DNA of 58,890 bases, filler included, from Sphacelaria rigidula (GCA_964200075.2; 10 parts of 10 records of this genome joined end to end with filler, not necessarily neighbours in it), one strand, 5' to 3'; shown: positions 1 through 14,183, numbered from the whole stretch's first letter. Numbers and translations: made by a program. The notes: generated by a model from the sequence alone, not told the origin.

Positions 1-19
1 CTATAAAGAAATAAAAAAA

Positions 20-133
20 GAAAAACCTCCTGTGTTGACCCTCCTCCTGTGTGACCCCGGCTGATGCGCCCACATACACCGAAAGGTGTAGCCTGGTGCC
101 CAGAATAAACGGGACGACAACACACACACAACA
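20..133 (+). mobile_element. 3' end of a retroposon (RTE-like LINE or SINE) with (AC)n tail
   Basis: ccggctgatgcgcccacata...cagaataaacgggacgacaacacacacaca. Reverse-complement copies at 5731-5799 and about 41128-41193. All three lie at contig ends, as expected for a high-copy repeat. Confidence 0.6.
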
Positions 134-424
134 TCAAATCGGGATTTTCGTTTTCCACCACACTTTTTCGATCGGAAAATGATGTGATGTGCTAAGACAT
201 GGCCTAAATCTAAAGGAAATTTTGCCCAAAATGTGTCCCGCCACTTCCTGATGGACAAACCAAGCTGGCCAGACAGAAACGATTGATTCGTCCGGTCTGC
301 CGATACAGAACCCCACAAGGTCTTCTGCGCACATCACACACACTACCCAGGCGCATTGCTTATGGCCGTATACTGCCTGTAGATCATCATTCATTCTTCA
401 AGTAAAAACTATGGCGGTGACTAT

Positions 425-945
425 AGATGACCCGCCCTGGGAGTGGCTATAGACCGCTGAACTAAAACGCACAGTGCAACAGAAGTACAATGAAAAACAC
501 AAGACGTATAGTACAGTGCAGCGTTGTCTTATACCTCCCCCCGCTGCGTTCGTTCCCATTGTCTATGGAGATTACACCAAGTCTTCGGGGAGCGTGATTT
601 CTTTTTGGCGCCAGCTCTGAAATTGAACCCTTGGATCACCACGGTGGGTCATCTGGGTCTCGCATTAATATTACAAGTCAAAACCATGCCACTGCACAAC
701 ACAGATGACCCACCCTGAAGGTGACTGTACAGTTGGACGAAGCCAAACTACAACGCACAAGACCGAACAGCGCAGTACATCGCAGTACAGTACAGTATAG
801 TACAGACAGTACAGTGCTGTACTCTCTCTCCCCCCCGCTGCTTTCCTTTCCATTGTCTATGGCTGTACCCATGGATCAGATGACACAAAACCGTTCGAGA
901 GCGTGACCTCGCCCTGCCCCCAGCTCTAAACTGCACTCTTGGCAA
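425..945. repeat. Degenerate direct duplication, about 280 bp unit
   Basis: gatgacc(c/a)ccctg...cccccgctgc...ccattgtctatgg...gagcgtga...ccagctct occurs twice (about 427-650 and 704-945). Confidence 0.65.
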
Positions 946-1447
946 AAATTATAATGACACCCATGGGGGAGCAAACAAGGATCCACTCAATATATTTTAT
1001 CGGTCTTGTTCTACCGATAGCAACAGAAAAGATACAGATTAAAACGGACGTTCGGCACGCGTTCTTTCATCCCAGCACTCAGGCTACTTCTTATGTAAAA
1101 AAGACGTTATCAGAAGAGCCGTTTTTCAACAGCACGTTTTTCGACAGAATTTTTTGAAGCAGCCCTTCTTACGTGATTGACGCTATAAACATTGGAAAAG
1201 CAGCGTTCATCGTTCTCTACAAGGCGTGTGTGCATAATGTCAAATTTTGGCGCGCGCGCGAGAGACACAACACTCTGCTGTCGTATCGTGGTGTACGGTC
1301 CGCACTGTTTGTCTGTCCTACCTTGGTATTACTGTAATATGTCGACCGAGCAAAATATGGTGGGCTGCGTGACGCAAGACGAGCAATGAGAACATCAACT
1401 TGCCTTACCAAGTGACTGTAGAGCTGATGGTTGGGCTTTTCCGCTAC

Positions 1448-1915
1448 ACCGTAGTACTCGATTGTACGAACAGCACAGACAACAGTACAGACAACAGTAC
1501 AGACAGTGCTGAATTGTATGCATTGGTTGTAGTACTACAAGAGTAGCACTATTCATAGCCATGTGTGTACTGTCAGTACGGTCCTGTATCTACAAGGCTT
1601 GGGTGCGTAGGCAGTCTGTACTGCATAGCGACGTCTGTTCGCAACACGCTGCATGCACAGACCTGAACTGAGCTGCAATGTCGCTGCACCGAAGTACTCG
1701 ATTGTACGGACAGCACGGACAATAGCATAGACAGTGCTGTCTTGTATGCAGTGGATGTACTACAGTAGCAGCACTACCTATCTCATAGTCTTTAGTGTAC
1801 TGTCAGTTCGGTCCTGCCTTTACAAGGTTTGGGTGCGTGGGCAGTCTGCAAAGCATTGCAACGGCTGTTCGCAATACGCTGCCTGCACAGCCCTGAACTG
1901 AGGTACAGTATTGCA
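1448..1915. repeat. Degenerate tandem duplication, about 240 bp unit
   Basis: accg(t/a)agtactcgattgtacg...ggtcctg...tacaagg(c/t)ttgggtgcgt...ctgttcgcaa...cctgaactgag occurs twice. Confidence 0.75.
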
Positions 1916-2102
1916 CGAATGACATATAGACTGTCCTGCCTGTACAGCACTCATCATCGACCCTGCCCTGTGCTGTTCTCATGGGGTAAAGGGCCACGAC
2001 GCTACTGGCGAGCGAAGGGCAATGATGCAACACGCTGAAGCGAGCACCAGCGACAGCAGTAGTGATGGCAGCCAAGCCATCACAGGTGCTGTCGTGGCCA
2101 CA

Positions 2103-2303
2103 GAGTGTGTTCAAACGCGTTTTCAATAACATTTTATGATAGCCCGAGGTTATCAGAAAAGCACGATTTTCTGATAAACGATTTTCTGATAACCTTGGGC
2201 TGTCGGAAAATGTTATCAGAAAAACTATTTTCGTAAAACGCGTTTTCTGATCACATGAGAAGTTGGTTTTTGGCCTGTTATCGCAAACGCGTTTTGTTAC
2301 ACT
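2103..2303. mobile_element. Palindromic MITE-like element
   Basis: Internal inverted motifs (ttatcagaaaa / ttttctgataa) with aaacgcgttt near both ends. Confidence 0.45.
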
Positions 2304-4019
2304 AGTTTTTTTGTACACAAGAAGTAGCCTCAGCGTGGCAAACGCGGGCATAGGTAGGTAACCACAGCTGCACGTAATAAAGCTAAGCGGGCAGCGGAAA
2401 GGTTGCACTGCTCGCGGTAGATAGTGCAGCTGAGCACAGCCGCATGCACCGAGCTGATGCTCAACGGGCAGGGTAAGCAGTGGAAAATCACGACGCCGAA
2501 TCGAATCCAAGCCAGCTGCAAGTAATGCGCAAACAACATAAATGACGCGATATCCAACCTTGAACCTTTTGTGTGCTCTCTTCCATCAAATGTGAGACGA
2601 TACTAGCAAATAGATGTGAGATTCTAGAAACGTGATGGCAAAACACAGGCGAAAAGACAACACACGTGAAAGAAGTACAGAACAAAAAGGGGGACAGAAA
2701 AGAAAAAAGACCGGACGGGGGAGGGAACTCCAGCCAGCTACCAGTACAGTGACACCGCACGGAAAGAACAACTCGCTTTTCACGTCCGGTGGAAAGGTGC
2801 ATGGGCGTAATTACAATATGCACATTACATAGATACAGGGGACAGCATGACGGATTCACAGTCGTATACAGCTTTACAGTCCACAGTATGGTAGTAGTGT
2901 CGTGCAACACTCGAGTGCTTCGTGGGATAGGGAACACAGTCAGTACAGCTGGTGACTCGACGACTTGAGCAGTGATCAGTACAAAAACAGTGCAGACGGT
3001 GTAGGTACATCTGTATTTTTTCTGACGTTATCATCATCATCATTATCATCATCATGAGATGTGTTAATATCGTGTATGTATCTCCGTTCCATACATGGAT
3101 CAGCATACTTACGTCCGGTTCTTCCATACTTTATCCAAGTAAAAAAATATGCTTTTTCGAATAATATTTTACACTAGACACTCGGACTGAAGAGGGGAAA
3201 ACTGTCACTCTACTCTATCGTCCCGCAGAAGCAGGCTGAAAGATGATCCGTGACGAACGATCAAACCGTATGTCTACCCACATGATCTGAAAGCCCCGTA
3301 GTCTGGACACTACCGATACGACGCACTGCACCCATTCAAAGCAATCCAGTGATGTTATATAGCGTCACGAACCACCGCCACCTACCCTGGAACCCCATCT
3401 GGCAACGCGGGGTTCGACGTACGTGCGCTGCTAGAATATAATACAACGCACTGCGATGCACGCTGGTACAACAAAACTCTATCCCCAACAACGTGACGAA
3501 AAAGCGCAGTGCACTTCTGTCAAACACTCTGTCATCTTACTGTCGGGTGGTTGTTCCCGCCTTGGGTTTGAAAGTGATTTGTACATAGTGTGCTCAGCAT
3601 CGGACGTTCTCTGGAAAGGAGGTTACTTTCCTTCCCAGATTTGTGCCCCAGGGATAGTGTTGGACTTCGAGCACTATCCGGGCTGCATTCATCTTCACAC
3701 CGGTGATATAGCCTGGGCTGATACCTCCATCTTCAAGTGCTTCTAACATTTTGACCGCGAGGATCGGCGATTTAGTTCTCATGTTCACTGTCCAAGTGAA
3801 GATGATACCGACTCTGCCGATGACTCACCTTGGCGGTCAAAGGGTTGAATACAATCAATGCATGCATATACGCCTCACACACCGGTTTTTGGAATCTACA
3901 CTGAAACCACATCAGACCAACAAACCCCTACCAAGTGATGAACTTCACTGCAACAAACACCCATATCCCGTATAGGTTGTGTTCCGGATGCACCCTCAAA
4001 AAAAGGACACGAATCACGA

Positions 4020-5360
4020 ACAGACAAACGATGACGTTTGTGTACCCAGCTGTGTAATGAACCCGAGGGGGATGGCGTGGTGTTAACTGGAACAGACAAC
4101 ATATCATGGGAACTATTGTGCGCTTCTGTTTGTTGGTTCCGTTGAGTGCAGCTGTTCGCTGCGAGTTTCCGAGAACCGTGGAGATGTCAAGAGGTCTGAG
4201 TTGGACTACAGTAACTTTTGTGCGTCTCTCCATGCATCGTGTATAATGGACTCTGACTAATTATAAAGAGAAGACGCTGGCGCTTGTGTACCCAGCCACA
4301 CAGAAGCCAAGGAAGAGGGCGTGGCGTGTACTAGAACAGACGTCATCATGGCGACTGTAATATGCGGTTATGTTCCTTGCAAATGTGCTGTGGGTGTGTC
4401 GGCGTGTTTGCTAGGGTTAGTTTGTGAAGGTATAACATCATCCATTCATCTGATTCAGTCACGCCGTTGACATCCCCAGACCTGTCTCCGACTGCGGAAC
4501 AATCACCCGTGTTCCCAAAAAGTCAGTTTTGTGGTTACCCTGCTGTACCATCTCAGCACTATGCTGTACTGTACTTTTGTACTGACCACGGTTCCAGCCG
4601 AAGTCCAGTCAGCTACGAGTACTGTTGTTGTGAAACGCAACAAAAAGAACCCACTGGACTACGGTACAAGTACAGGCTGCAGTGTGCTCACGCAGTACCG
4701 GGTATGCAGCCATTTGTAGGCGGGTCGGGAGGCAGCCTTTCATGTCGCGGCGATGTTCAGGCTGTCCGTAGTTCTACACCGTTGTGACTGTAGGATTCAA
4801 AGACACTCCGTGTATGGTAGATGAAGATGCATAGGGCATGGCATACTAACTGAAGGGACAAGCCCCAGAAAAAAATTGCGGTAGCTGGTACACACCGTAC
4901 AGCGTGCAGCTGGTTACGATGCAGACTTCACGGTTGGCTCGGACGGTGGTCAGTGAAACCGTGCAGTACGGTACAACGGTACAGTACAGCACGAAGGTGG
5001 TGAATATCGCGGCGGTGTTGTCGACACTGTCTGTTTCACACCGGCGTGACTGTAGGGTTCAAGGACACTTCGTAAATGGTGCATGCAGATGCATAGGCCA
5101 TGACACAAAGACTGAAGGGTTGAACCCCAGCGAAAATTGAGGTGACGGGTACACAGTACAGTGCAGCTGGTTACGATGCAGCTTTGACGGCTCGAACGAT
5201 GGTCTGTGCAACAGTACAGTGCAGTACAACAGTGCAGTACCAAGGTGGTACAGCATGCAGAGTAAAGTAGTATTTGCAAAGTGCAACACAACTAACAAAC
5301 AGAAGAGCATGATACAGACATCTAGATGTTGTCTGTTCCGGTGCGCGCCACGCTCCTACT
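4020..5360. repeat. Complex dispersed repeat with internal direct and inverted blocks
   Basis: About 4770-5010 is duplicated at 5030-5220. 4080-4140 is inverted at about 5290-5350. 4080-4290 is homologous to 40060-40275 on another contig. Confidence 0.55.
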
Positions 5361-5799
5361 TTGGGTTCCCCGTCCGGCTAGGTACACCAATGGCGGCGCT
5401 TTCCAAACCATGACTCTTGATTCATCGGAAGTATTTTTTCGATCGAAAAAGGAGCGATAGAATTGATTTGAGCGAAATTCGCTCATATTTTAGAGTTGGC
5501 TCCAGGCGAATTCTGAGGTTTTCGATAAAAAAGCAAGTGAAAGTCGAAAAGCGGTACTTGGTCGCTTGTGAACAGCACGGTTAGGACAAACAAAATCGTA
5601 ATTCAACTCATGTAACTCTTTTCAACAACTATATCATGCGATTCGTACATCATTTGTAATTCATACAGGTTCTGAGCTCTTGTGTCGTGCAGTACACCGT
5701 TTCCTGCCTTCAGATCATAGGGCGTGGATCATGTGTTGTCGTCCCATTTATTCTGGGCGCCAGTCTACACCTTTCGAGATATGTGGGCGCATCAGCCGG

Positions 5800-5899
5800 N
5801 NNNNNNNNNNNNNNNNNNNNNNNNNNNNNNNNNNNNNNNNNNNTTAATTAATTAANNNNNNNNNNNNNNNNNNNNNNNNNNNNNNNNNNNNNNNNNNNN
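5800..5899. other. Artificial 100-nt assembly linker (first of nine)
   Basis: N44-TTAATTAATTAA-N44 (stops in all six frames). Identical linkers start at 5800, 11699, 17598, 23497, 29396, 35295, 41194, 47093 and 52992, exactly 5899 nt apart. Confidence 0.99.
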
Positions 5900-6740
5900 A
5901 AGGGTGAGCTGCATTCTGCTAAGATTGTTTGGCCGAAAGGCTACTGATTATCTTGCAGTTGGATGACAGCCTACAGTGAGTTGCTTTATTGTCTGGTATC
6001 GCCACTTCCGGAGACAGCCACAGCTTATACACTGCCTCATGGGTGCCTCACCATCTCATGGGGGAGGGGGGGGGGGGGTCTTCACAGGGCACCGGAGAAG
6101 GTCACGGAGTCAATCACGTGTGTTCGAAATTTTTCCGAGGAAAATTATGAGCCGTGCACGAGGCCCGAGAGGCGCGAGATGACCATTCTGACCAATCACG
6201 GCCGTCGAAATGAGCACGTTGTTCCCGTACAGGTGGATTAGTTCGTTGTCTACCCTTACATCTCATTATTGTCATGGCGAATCAGCCATGGATTACATAA
6301 ACCAAAAGCATGTGTTTCGAGCTCCTTGGATGCACTGCTGTTTAGAACTGCCTCAGCTGCTTCGTTCTAGCTGCATACCAGCACCTGACATGAAACTAGT
6401 GGCGCAACACGCAAACCCCCACCACGAGTATCCAGCAAGCCCCCACCACGAGTATCCAGTGCACATTGTGGTTAACGCCTTCTTCGACGGAGATACGACT
6501 GCTATTGCACACCAGTTGTTGGAGGTTTGCGTACACTTACCCCACCGCGCTCGAGAGTTCGCTCACGATGCTGCAGCAGCTCTCGGGACGAGGCGGTGCA
6601 TACACGATGAAGGGCGACGCGCTCATAGAGGCGGCCGCGGCTCATGTTGGTCTTTGCTGGGAGACGTGGTGGCCAAGTAGGGTTCGACGTCTGCAAAGAA
6701 ATACCGTAATCAGGTGAGGACAAGCCTCTGGTGTGTTTGT

Positions 6741-6806
6741 GCATGATTAGGTCGTGTGTGACCCGCCCAGCGCGCATGATTAGGTCGTGTGTGACCCGCC
6801 CAGCGC
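6741..6806. repeat. Perfect 33-bp tandem duplication
   Basis: gcatgattaggtcgtgtgtgacccgcccagcgc x2. Confidence 0.95.
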
Positions 6807-7265
6807 GTCGCCATCGAACTCACTCGCGCTTAGAGGTTAGACCCGTTTTTGCACTTCGTGAAGTTATATGTAGCACTCTACGGTTGCGTGACGGCGGTCT
6901 TACTGAGAAGTACCGCACCTGCTTTTTACAAGGGGGCGCTATCGCGTCAAACCGGCCGAAGCACACTCTGAGTAGCATAAGTTTTTTTTCGTTCTATCTG
7001 TGAATATATTGTACAACAGTACAGAGGCCGCCATCGCTTCAAGCCTCAAAGGTAGGAGGTGTGTCCTGCGGCCTATTTCACAGGTACTCGCGAGTGTGCG
7101 ATGTGCGACGTCGTCGACCTGCCGGTATTGAAAACCTGCACGCAATACACTACACACACGTGTGGCGCCTACAGTCACAGTCTAGTTACGGGCAGCTATC
7201 GGTACTCCAGTATGTATGTGATGAAACTACACTGTGCAGGCCAAGAAGACATGCACAGGCGCCTT

Positions 7266-7570
7266 AGGTAAGGTAGGTACCCTGTACCGGTGTCTTCGGG
7301 AAATCTCATACCCTACCGATACCGGTGCAATCGGGTATTTTCAATAGTCGTACCTACGATACCCACGATATCACGGTATTTCCAGATGTCAACTCCAACG
7401 CGCTCAATCAGGTATTTTCAAAACTCATACCTACGATACCTGCGATACCACGGTATTCCGAGATTTCAATACCGGCCGTACCCGCTTGATCGGGTATCTT
7501 CAACACTCATACCCTGCGATACCCACGCATACCACGGTATGGGACACCCCGGTAAATACCAGGGATATAT
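7266..7570 (+). mobile_element. Non-autonomous repeat with internal cgatacc/acggtatt motifs (copy 1)
   Basis: Colinear with a second copy at about 9460-9755 (ggtaagg.aggtacc ... gatacccacgcataccacggt ... aaatacc). Confidence 0.6.
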
Positions 7571-8189
7571 CCGGTGAATACCTGACGCGATGCACTCCCC
7601 ACGGTGCAGCAGCTGGTTCCAACTTACGCAAAGGCCACAAGTTGTCGGGGGAGGTACGTCTTGTTTTCACAAGTAATATACACCCAGATTCCCTCTGATT
7701 TTGTGTTTGGATCAATTCGAATGAACTTATAATTATGTAGTCTGAAATCGATGTTTTTTTCTCGATCTGACAAGTCCACCGCATTTCTGTTCTTAGAAGG
7801 CTTCAAATCAAATTTGTAATTAGTGGCGCGCGGAAAAAAACTAGGAAAGAATGAAGCTAAGCTTTTCGACCGAAAATATGCGGTCGAAAGGCACAAGGCG
7901 GTACTAAACTCTTTCCTTGCGGACCACCACGCCAGAGAACACCCGTTCACAGAAACATGCAAACTCCATCCGATTCATTCACAGCTACCACCGCAAGCCT
8001 GCAGCATCGAGCACGAATTGAGCAGAGGGATAGATGCACTGCAGTCGTTGGGTATGCTTCGTTTATTTCTTGTTGGCGAAAACTTGCGCATCTCCTTTCA
8101 TGGTAGGATCAGCGACGGAACCGCGTGGTACGGTGGGCAACCGAGTCGCGTGTCAGTGTAGGTAGTACAAAGCTTCACGTTGTTGAAGT

Positions 8190-8420
8190 CCTTTTCACGT
8201 CGCATTGTAAGCAGAGATAACTGATAGTTCTGGGCTGCCTGCACTGCACGTTGCCCGCTCTCATCAAGATCTTACTGTACGAAACACGCACAGACGCGCT
8301 CAAGACACACTGCTTGCAAGCAGTGCAGACGTACAGACTGTCGGTACCGTACACGAGTGACCATGTACCGTTTCACAGATTTCAGCCTTTTTTCGATCGA
8401 AAGCTTGAAAATCCGCTTAA
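8190..8420 (+). repeat. Dispersed repeat (also about 10150-10400 and 35395-35612)
   Basis: Shared gtccttttcacgtcgcattgta...acacgca...ctcaa...gcttgaaaa core. The 35395 copy ends in gctaagacacgccct, a terminus also seen near 9400, 17140 and 192. Confidence 0.6.
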
Positions 8421-9459
8421 ACCCATTCGACAAAAACTAGGCACAGGATCCATACATGGGGATGATTTTGTAGTGAAATATATCACTTGCACGAAGCGCG
8501 ATTATGGCCGAGCGTTCAAGATCGGCACCCGGCAAACACTGAAGACCCGTTTAAAATCAGCCAAAGAACTAGAACATGAGACATGTCATGTTTCAACGTA
8601 CTGCAGCACAAACACACTCACGTCCGCTCTCATGTAATGTAGCTATCACGGTTCTGTGATGTGCTGGGATCTTGCGAAGACGGTTTGGTCTCTGCTGAGA
8701 TTGCTTGAGGTGCTGTATGGGTGTGTTCGTCTTTCTGCAGTATATATTATCATTCGGGACGCAGTGCGGTCTACACACTTGACTGTCTGCTGAAAACTTC
8801 ATGTTACCCGCACCCATCACTTGCGCGATACCGAACATGTCTGGGAAAAGATACACAACCACCACCGCTATACACCGCTTGATCTGCTCGGCCAGACCCC
8901 GTGCTCCAATGAAGGGAGCAACGCACAGCACAGTGCGGATGTACTGCACCGCCAGGATCCTGCTCGCACCCGTCAGTATGGTGGCTGCTGCCGCTGGCAT
9001 CGGCGCCGGCGCTCGCGGCCACGGAAAGACACAACCAGCGATACTAAGATGGGGATATACCGATATGCGAGCATCACAGTGACTTACTGCGGCGGCAGTG
9101 TACCACTCGCTGTCTGCTTGTCTGCTTGCAGCTTCGTTTCTCTGCTGCTGTTCCATCCGTCCCGGCGTACACTACAGGTGTGACTTGAGTCTGCGAGCCA
9201 ATCACAAGCATTTATCACTACATAATTCACTACGGAGATCGGATTTCATTGGCGCCAGATTCCGCCGATTCCTCACTGAAGGTCCTCTGATTGGTTGAAT
9301 TTCACATTTCACTACAAAAACCTATCCCCATGTGTGGAGGTTGTGCCAAAAATGAGCGATTTTACACCGCCCCATTCTTCCGATCGAAGGAACAACGGCT
9401 AAGACACGCCCTGAAACGCTTCTTCGCACTGCCGGATGGCAGTCTTGAAATCAGTATAG

Positions 9460-9755
9460 AGGGTAAGGCAGGTACCCGATACTGATATTTTGCACATCTC
9501 ATACCCTACCGATACCGACTCAATCGGGTATTTTCAAATGTCATACCTACGATACCATGGTATTTCAATATACCAATACCTACTGTACCTGCCCAGTTGG
9601 ATGTTTTCAAATGGCATACCTAAGATATCTACAATCCCACGGTATTCCGCGATACCAGTACCTACCGTACCAGCTCAATCAGGTGTTTAAAAAAATCATA
9701 CCTATGATACCCACGCATACCACGGTTTGGGATACCCCGGCAAATACCGGAGGTA
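9460..9755 (+). mobile_element. Same repeat family (copy 2)
   Basis: Colinear with 7266-7570. Confidence 0.6.
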
Positions 9756-9768
9756 CGTTCGAACAATA

Positions 9769-9980
9769 ACTCTAGTGCTCGACCTGTGATTTTATTCCAC
9801 CACGAGCAGTGACTCTAGTGCTCGGCCTATGATTTTTTTCCACCACGAGCAACTACTCTAGCGCCCGACCTATGAATTTTTTCCACCACGAGCAATGACT
9901 CGAGTACTCGCCCTATTACTTTTTTCCCACCACGAGCAATGACTCAAGTACTCACCCTTTTAAATTTTTTCACCATGAGC
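9769..9980. repeat. Minisatellite, 5 x about 43 bp
   Basis: actctagtgctcgacctgtgattttattccaccacgagcagtg-like units start at 9769, 9812, 9855, 9898 and 9942. Confidence 0.9.
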
Positions 9981-11524
9981 AGCCCAACGAGTGTGAGCCA
10001 CGAGTCATACGCATGCTCGTCCGACGTGTGAAAACTTCTCCATATTTTTTCATCGTAGGGACCAGGGTTAGATCGGCGTGGTGAGGTGGCCAACCCCCTC
10101 GCGGACGCCGTCATGGGCACAATGCATGTACAAAGCTGCACGTTATCCGAGTCCTTTTCACGTCGCATTGTAGGCAGAGAGAACAAATGGTGCTGCGCTG
10201 AAATGTGTGCACGTTGCCCACTCCTGTTTCACATTCTTCTGCACGGAACACGCAGACACGAACTCAACGTACACTGCATGCCAACAGTGCAGACAGTGCG
10301 GGCCGCCTGTATTGTTCACAAGCGACTATGTGCCGCTTCACGAATTTTACTGCCCTTTTCCGATGGAAGGCTTGAAAACTCGCTTCGACCCGACTCGAGT
10401 TAAAATGAGCGAATTTTGCAAAATATATTGCCATCACTCCTTTTTTGCAATGGAAGAATGCGGCAATACACGCACTCAGCACGTTATATCGTCGGCGCGC
10501 GAACTGCCAAAGACGCCTCCGTCAAAGCGTGCTCTCGAGGTCGAGACGACCACCAAGTGCGTCGATCCGATTCTCCAACATTGTGCGGAAATTACGATAT
10601 ACAATGATTTCAAGGTTTTGGTAATTACGGCGTTTTCTACATGTATTTTCTTTCGAAAGCCCAAGTAAAAGCTCCTAGTATCCGTGTACAATACTGCCAT
10701 CGCATGCGGAAGTACTCGTATCTTGTAGTAGAGCTGCGCGATCGGGCTATTTATTTGTCGAAACAACTGATATCCGAATGAAGTTGGGAGATCACGTGCA
10801 CACAGTAAAGAAGACACACCTTGGGAGATGGAGAGTTCGTTTTGTCCATCCCACTGGTGACAAAAGTCCCATGACACCAGCAGGGCGCGGCAGTAGTGTT
10901 GGACTCGCGATGCGAGTAGTTTCGTGTCGAACCCCGGGTTCGCATTCGGATATTTTCTCGCCTTCGCCGTTTCTGTGGTATGGCGTGAATCCTACCTCTT
11001 GCCTGTGTTCTTCAACGCCCATCTGCCACACCAAGTGCTCCTCATGCCTGCCATGCCGGCGACAGAGTGTCGTGGCCGGCGCACGTTGTGCGTGCGCCGC
11101 TGTCATGCACACTGCATCGGTGCCACCCCTTCGGCGATGCACACGATACTCGCGCTGTTCACAACCGCCCCTGCCTTGAATTTTCACCCTTCTTTCTCTC
11201 TTCTAAACAGGCTGGGCCAGCTGACGGTGATTTTTCAATGTATTTTGGCGATGCTGTCGGTAAGTCGAAGAGTTGGGCGCTGAAATTTCCACACAGCTTT
11301 TTTTATCATCACTACGCACAACATTTCTAAGGATGCCAAAAACAAAAACAGAAAGTTAGAGCGATTTGAAGTGTCTGCAAAAACTAGAAAAATGCTATAA
11401 CTCCGTGAAAAAAAAAAAAAGTACGGAGGTATCCCCAAAAATGTTGTGCGTCCTTGTTTGGAGGAGATCCTGGTTCAATTTCCGCCAAAAAGTTAAGAAA
11501 TTTGGTACAGCATCCAATTTTTCG

Positions 11525-11600
11525 TGTGGCATATGGTGGTCAGACTGGTAGAAGCACCTCGTATTACAGAGATCACGAGTTTGAATCCCGACACGGCCAT
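11525..11600 (+). mobile_element. tRNA-derived SINE head or tRNA pseudogene
   Basis: A-box-like tggtcagactgg and B-box-like gtttgaatcc at tRNA spacing. Acceptor and anticodon stems are imperfect. Confidence 0.45.
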
Positions 11601-12744
11601 TTTGTTTTTGCGCATAATCTGGCATAGCGCCTTGCATCTGGGGGGTGTATAGCGCGGTTTGAGGTAGTACTTCTCCCTTTTACGGTGGTGAATGACCANN
11701 NNNNNNNNNNNNNNNNNNNNNNNNNNNNNNNNNNNNNNNNNNTTAATTAATTAANNNNNNNNNNNNNNNNNNNNNNNNNNNNNNNNNNNNNNNNNNNNAA
11801 AACAAATTTGGACAATCTTTGAGAAACTAAGAAATTACAGATTCTGCATACTTCTGACGTTGACCACTGTATATTTTCTTTAGTCGATAAACTAACGGCA
11901 AGTACGCGGGATTGGTACGAACACCGCCCCACACAGGCCTATTGTCAGACTCCACCCCACTTTTCTACATTCCAGGGAAAAAGGTTGTTGGCTGCTTGTT
12001 TGAGGTCGCCTGGAAGCGCATCGTATTGTTTTGGTCATTGCTGAGCCCTCGGGCGCAAGGGTGAACAGATGCACCGTAGATTGACTGACCACTGTGCATA
12101 GGATATCGGAACAATTTCTGCCACAAAACCCGCTCCGAAGTACTGGGGGGAAGGGGGGGGAGGACGTGCGTTCGTATTGAAGAGAGCGTGGGAGTATTCC
12201 CGTACTATTCCGTGACGAGGCCGCCTTTAGTGTACGTTGCTACAGTGGCGGGAACATGGCGCGCCATGTGGGTCTATCTTGAAGCCTTGCACCAGTCGCG
12301 TTGTAGAAAACGACTGTGGCTCTCAGGGTGTTCACTGCCATGTCTTGAGCAGTTGAGCGGCTTTGTACTTCTGGCAAGGTCCCTGATGTTGTGCCCACAG
12401 CAGTTGGCAGTCACAAGTAAGACAACCATAGTCATGCAATCAAGGGCAAGTTACTGCTCCAGCTGTAGCGTGGTGCACCGAAAAACAGCCTACAGCACAC
12501 TCCAGACTCTTGTACCGTTTTGCACGTGGGGTCTTGGCAGCGCTTCACTCTAATCTACAAACGAGGTCCACATAAGCCCACTGTGGCACCAGCGGCTGCC
12601 CGCGATCGGGAAAACACGATGCAGACTCTCGTCATATAATTTTCCTTGATTTCCGTGTGGTGAATGTCCCATTTTGGTTGTAGATATGTCTCCCATTTCT
12701 CCCGAATACCCCCAATAACGCTCCCCTCACAAGTTGTTGAGTAA

Positions 12745-13223
12745 GGCCGCTCCTTATAACAGACAAGAATGAAAATCTGGAAAAGTGCCTTTTTGGAGCT
12801 TTTACGTCGTTTTACGCCCCAAATGAGAGCTAGGCGGAGTTTGACATCTTCGAACGATTTGCTCTGCTAGTTGAGGCGGTTCGAGGACATCTTCCCGTTT
12901 TCCGGTGGCCGCAGTTTTTATTTCGGCCAAACAAGAATATTTGTCCAAGAACGGTGAAGAACAGTCAAATCTAGAAAAAATCGCCACTTTTCTCTGGACT
13001 TGACTGTTTTTTACCGTTCTTGGGCAAAAATTCTTGTTTGGCCGAAATAAAAACTGCGGCCACCGGAAAATGGGAGGATGTCCTCAAACCGCCTCAACTA
13101 GTTGAACAAGTCATTCCAAGGCATCGAACTCCGCCTAGCTCTCTTTTGGGGCGTAAAACGACGTAAAAGCTCCAAAAAGGCACTTCGCCAGATTTTTATT
13201 CTTGCCTGTTATAAGGAGCGGCC
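12745..13223. mobile_element. Foldback MITE, PIF/Harbinger (Tourist)-like
   Basis: The whole 479 bp is one imperfect palindrome. Termini are ggccgctccttataac / gttataaggagcggcc, and the TAA / TGA flanks fit a 3-bp TNA target duplication. Confidence 0.85.
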
Positions 13224-13850
13224 TGAGGCTGTCAACTGGAAAGCCTGGTCAGGAAATGAGGTCTCGTGCGATCCCAAGAAACGAGAAAAATACCGTCAAA
13301 GGTTACTTCCTGTGCAAAAGAAGCAAGGCAGTTGATTCATACTCTGTACCCCACTCGGCGAATGCGCGTTCTTTCGTATTGTGCACCCTTCGGTACGCGT
13401 CTTATTCCTTTGCATTTTCGGCTGTGACCACCATCGCCCCTGGACGACATTTTTTTTTCTCCTTGTTCCAGCGCAAACATTGGTACCTCAACAAAACCTT
13501 GAGGATCAACGAACAGGACAAGAGCGAGCTGGGCCCAATAGGAGAGGTGCAGGGCTTGAAGGGGGGGTGGTATGGCGCGAAAAACGGTGGCTTCAACGTA
13601 TGAAAACACCAGTAGTACCAACATATCCAGTACCTCGCTGGGTTTTTGTCTTTATTTCTATCCCGGGAGGGATTGGAAGGAGTAGGTGTCGCATAAACCG
13701 CGCGTACAGGACGGAGGATCCAATGTATGGAGTTCAAGGATGACCCGAGTGCAAAAACCGGGGCGGAGAGGGTGTTGGCCACAGCAAAAAACAAAAAAGT
13801 GGACCAGCAGCAGCCCCTTGAGGGTTAAGAAACCCGCGTCTGCTTGTGTT

Positions 13851-14183
13851 CACACGCGGCCACTTTGCTACCTCCAAAATTCCTCCGGGTGGGTAAACGT
13901 TTCGAGCCTCCAGAGGAATGAAATGCCTCCGGAGGGGTGCGCGGCCCTCCAGAGGAGATTTTTTTGTTTCCTCCAGAGGGATTAAACGCCTCCGGAGGCT
14001 TGTTTTTGCCTCTGGAGGGCCGCACATACCCCCAAATCTCTCCGAAGGGATGCGCGGCCCTCCGGGTCGGTAGAGTTTGGTTTCCTCCAGAGGTATTGAA
14101 GGCCTCCGGAGGCTTGTTTTCCCCCTGAAGGGCCGCGCATCCATCCGGAGGCATTTTGAGGTGTTGCCGAATGGCCGCGTGTG
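13851..14183. mobile_element. MITE with CACACGCGGCCA termini and internal cctcc(a/g)gagg repeats
   Basis: TIR cacacgcggcca / tggccgcgtgtg. An inverted second copy runs from 17328 to the contig end at 17597. Confidence 0.8.

Noticed and set aside
5844..5855. TTAATTAATTAA as a biological motif
   Set aside because: It is always centred in N-runs, so it is an artificial six-frame-stop linker.
9769..9980. CRISPR array
   Set aside because: It is a degenerate 43-bp minisatellite without spacers.
11525..11600. Functional tRNA gene
   Set aside because: A/B boxes are present but the cloverleaf stems do not pair well. Better explained as a SINE head.
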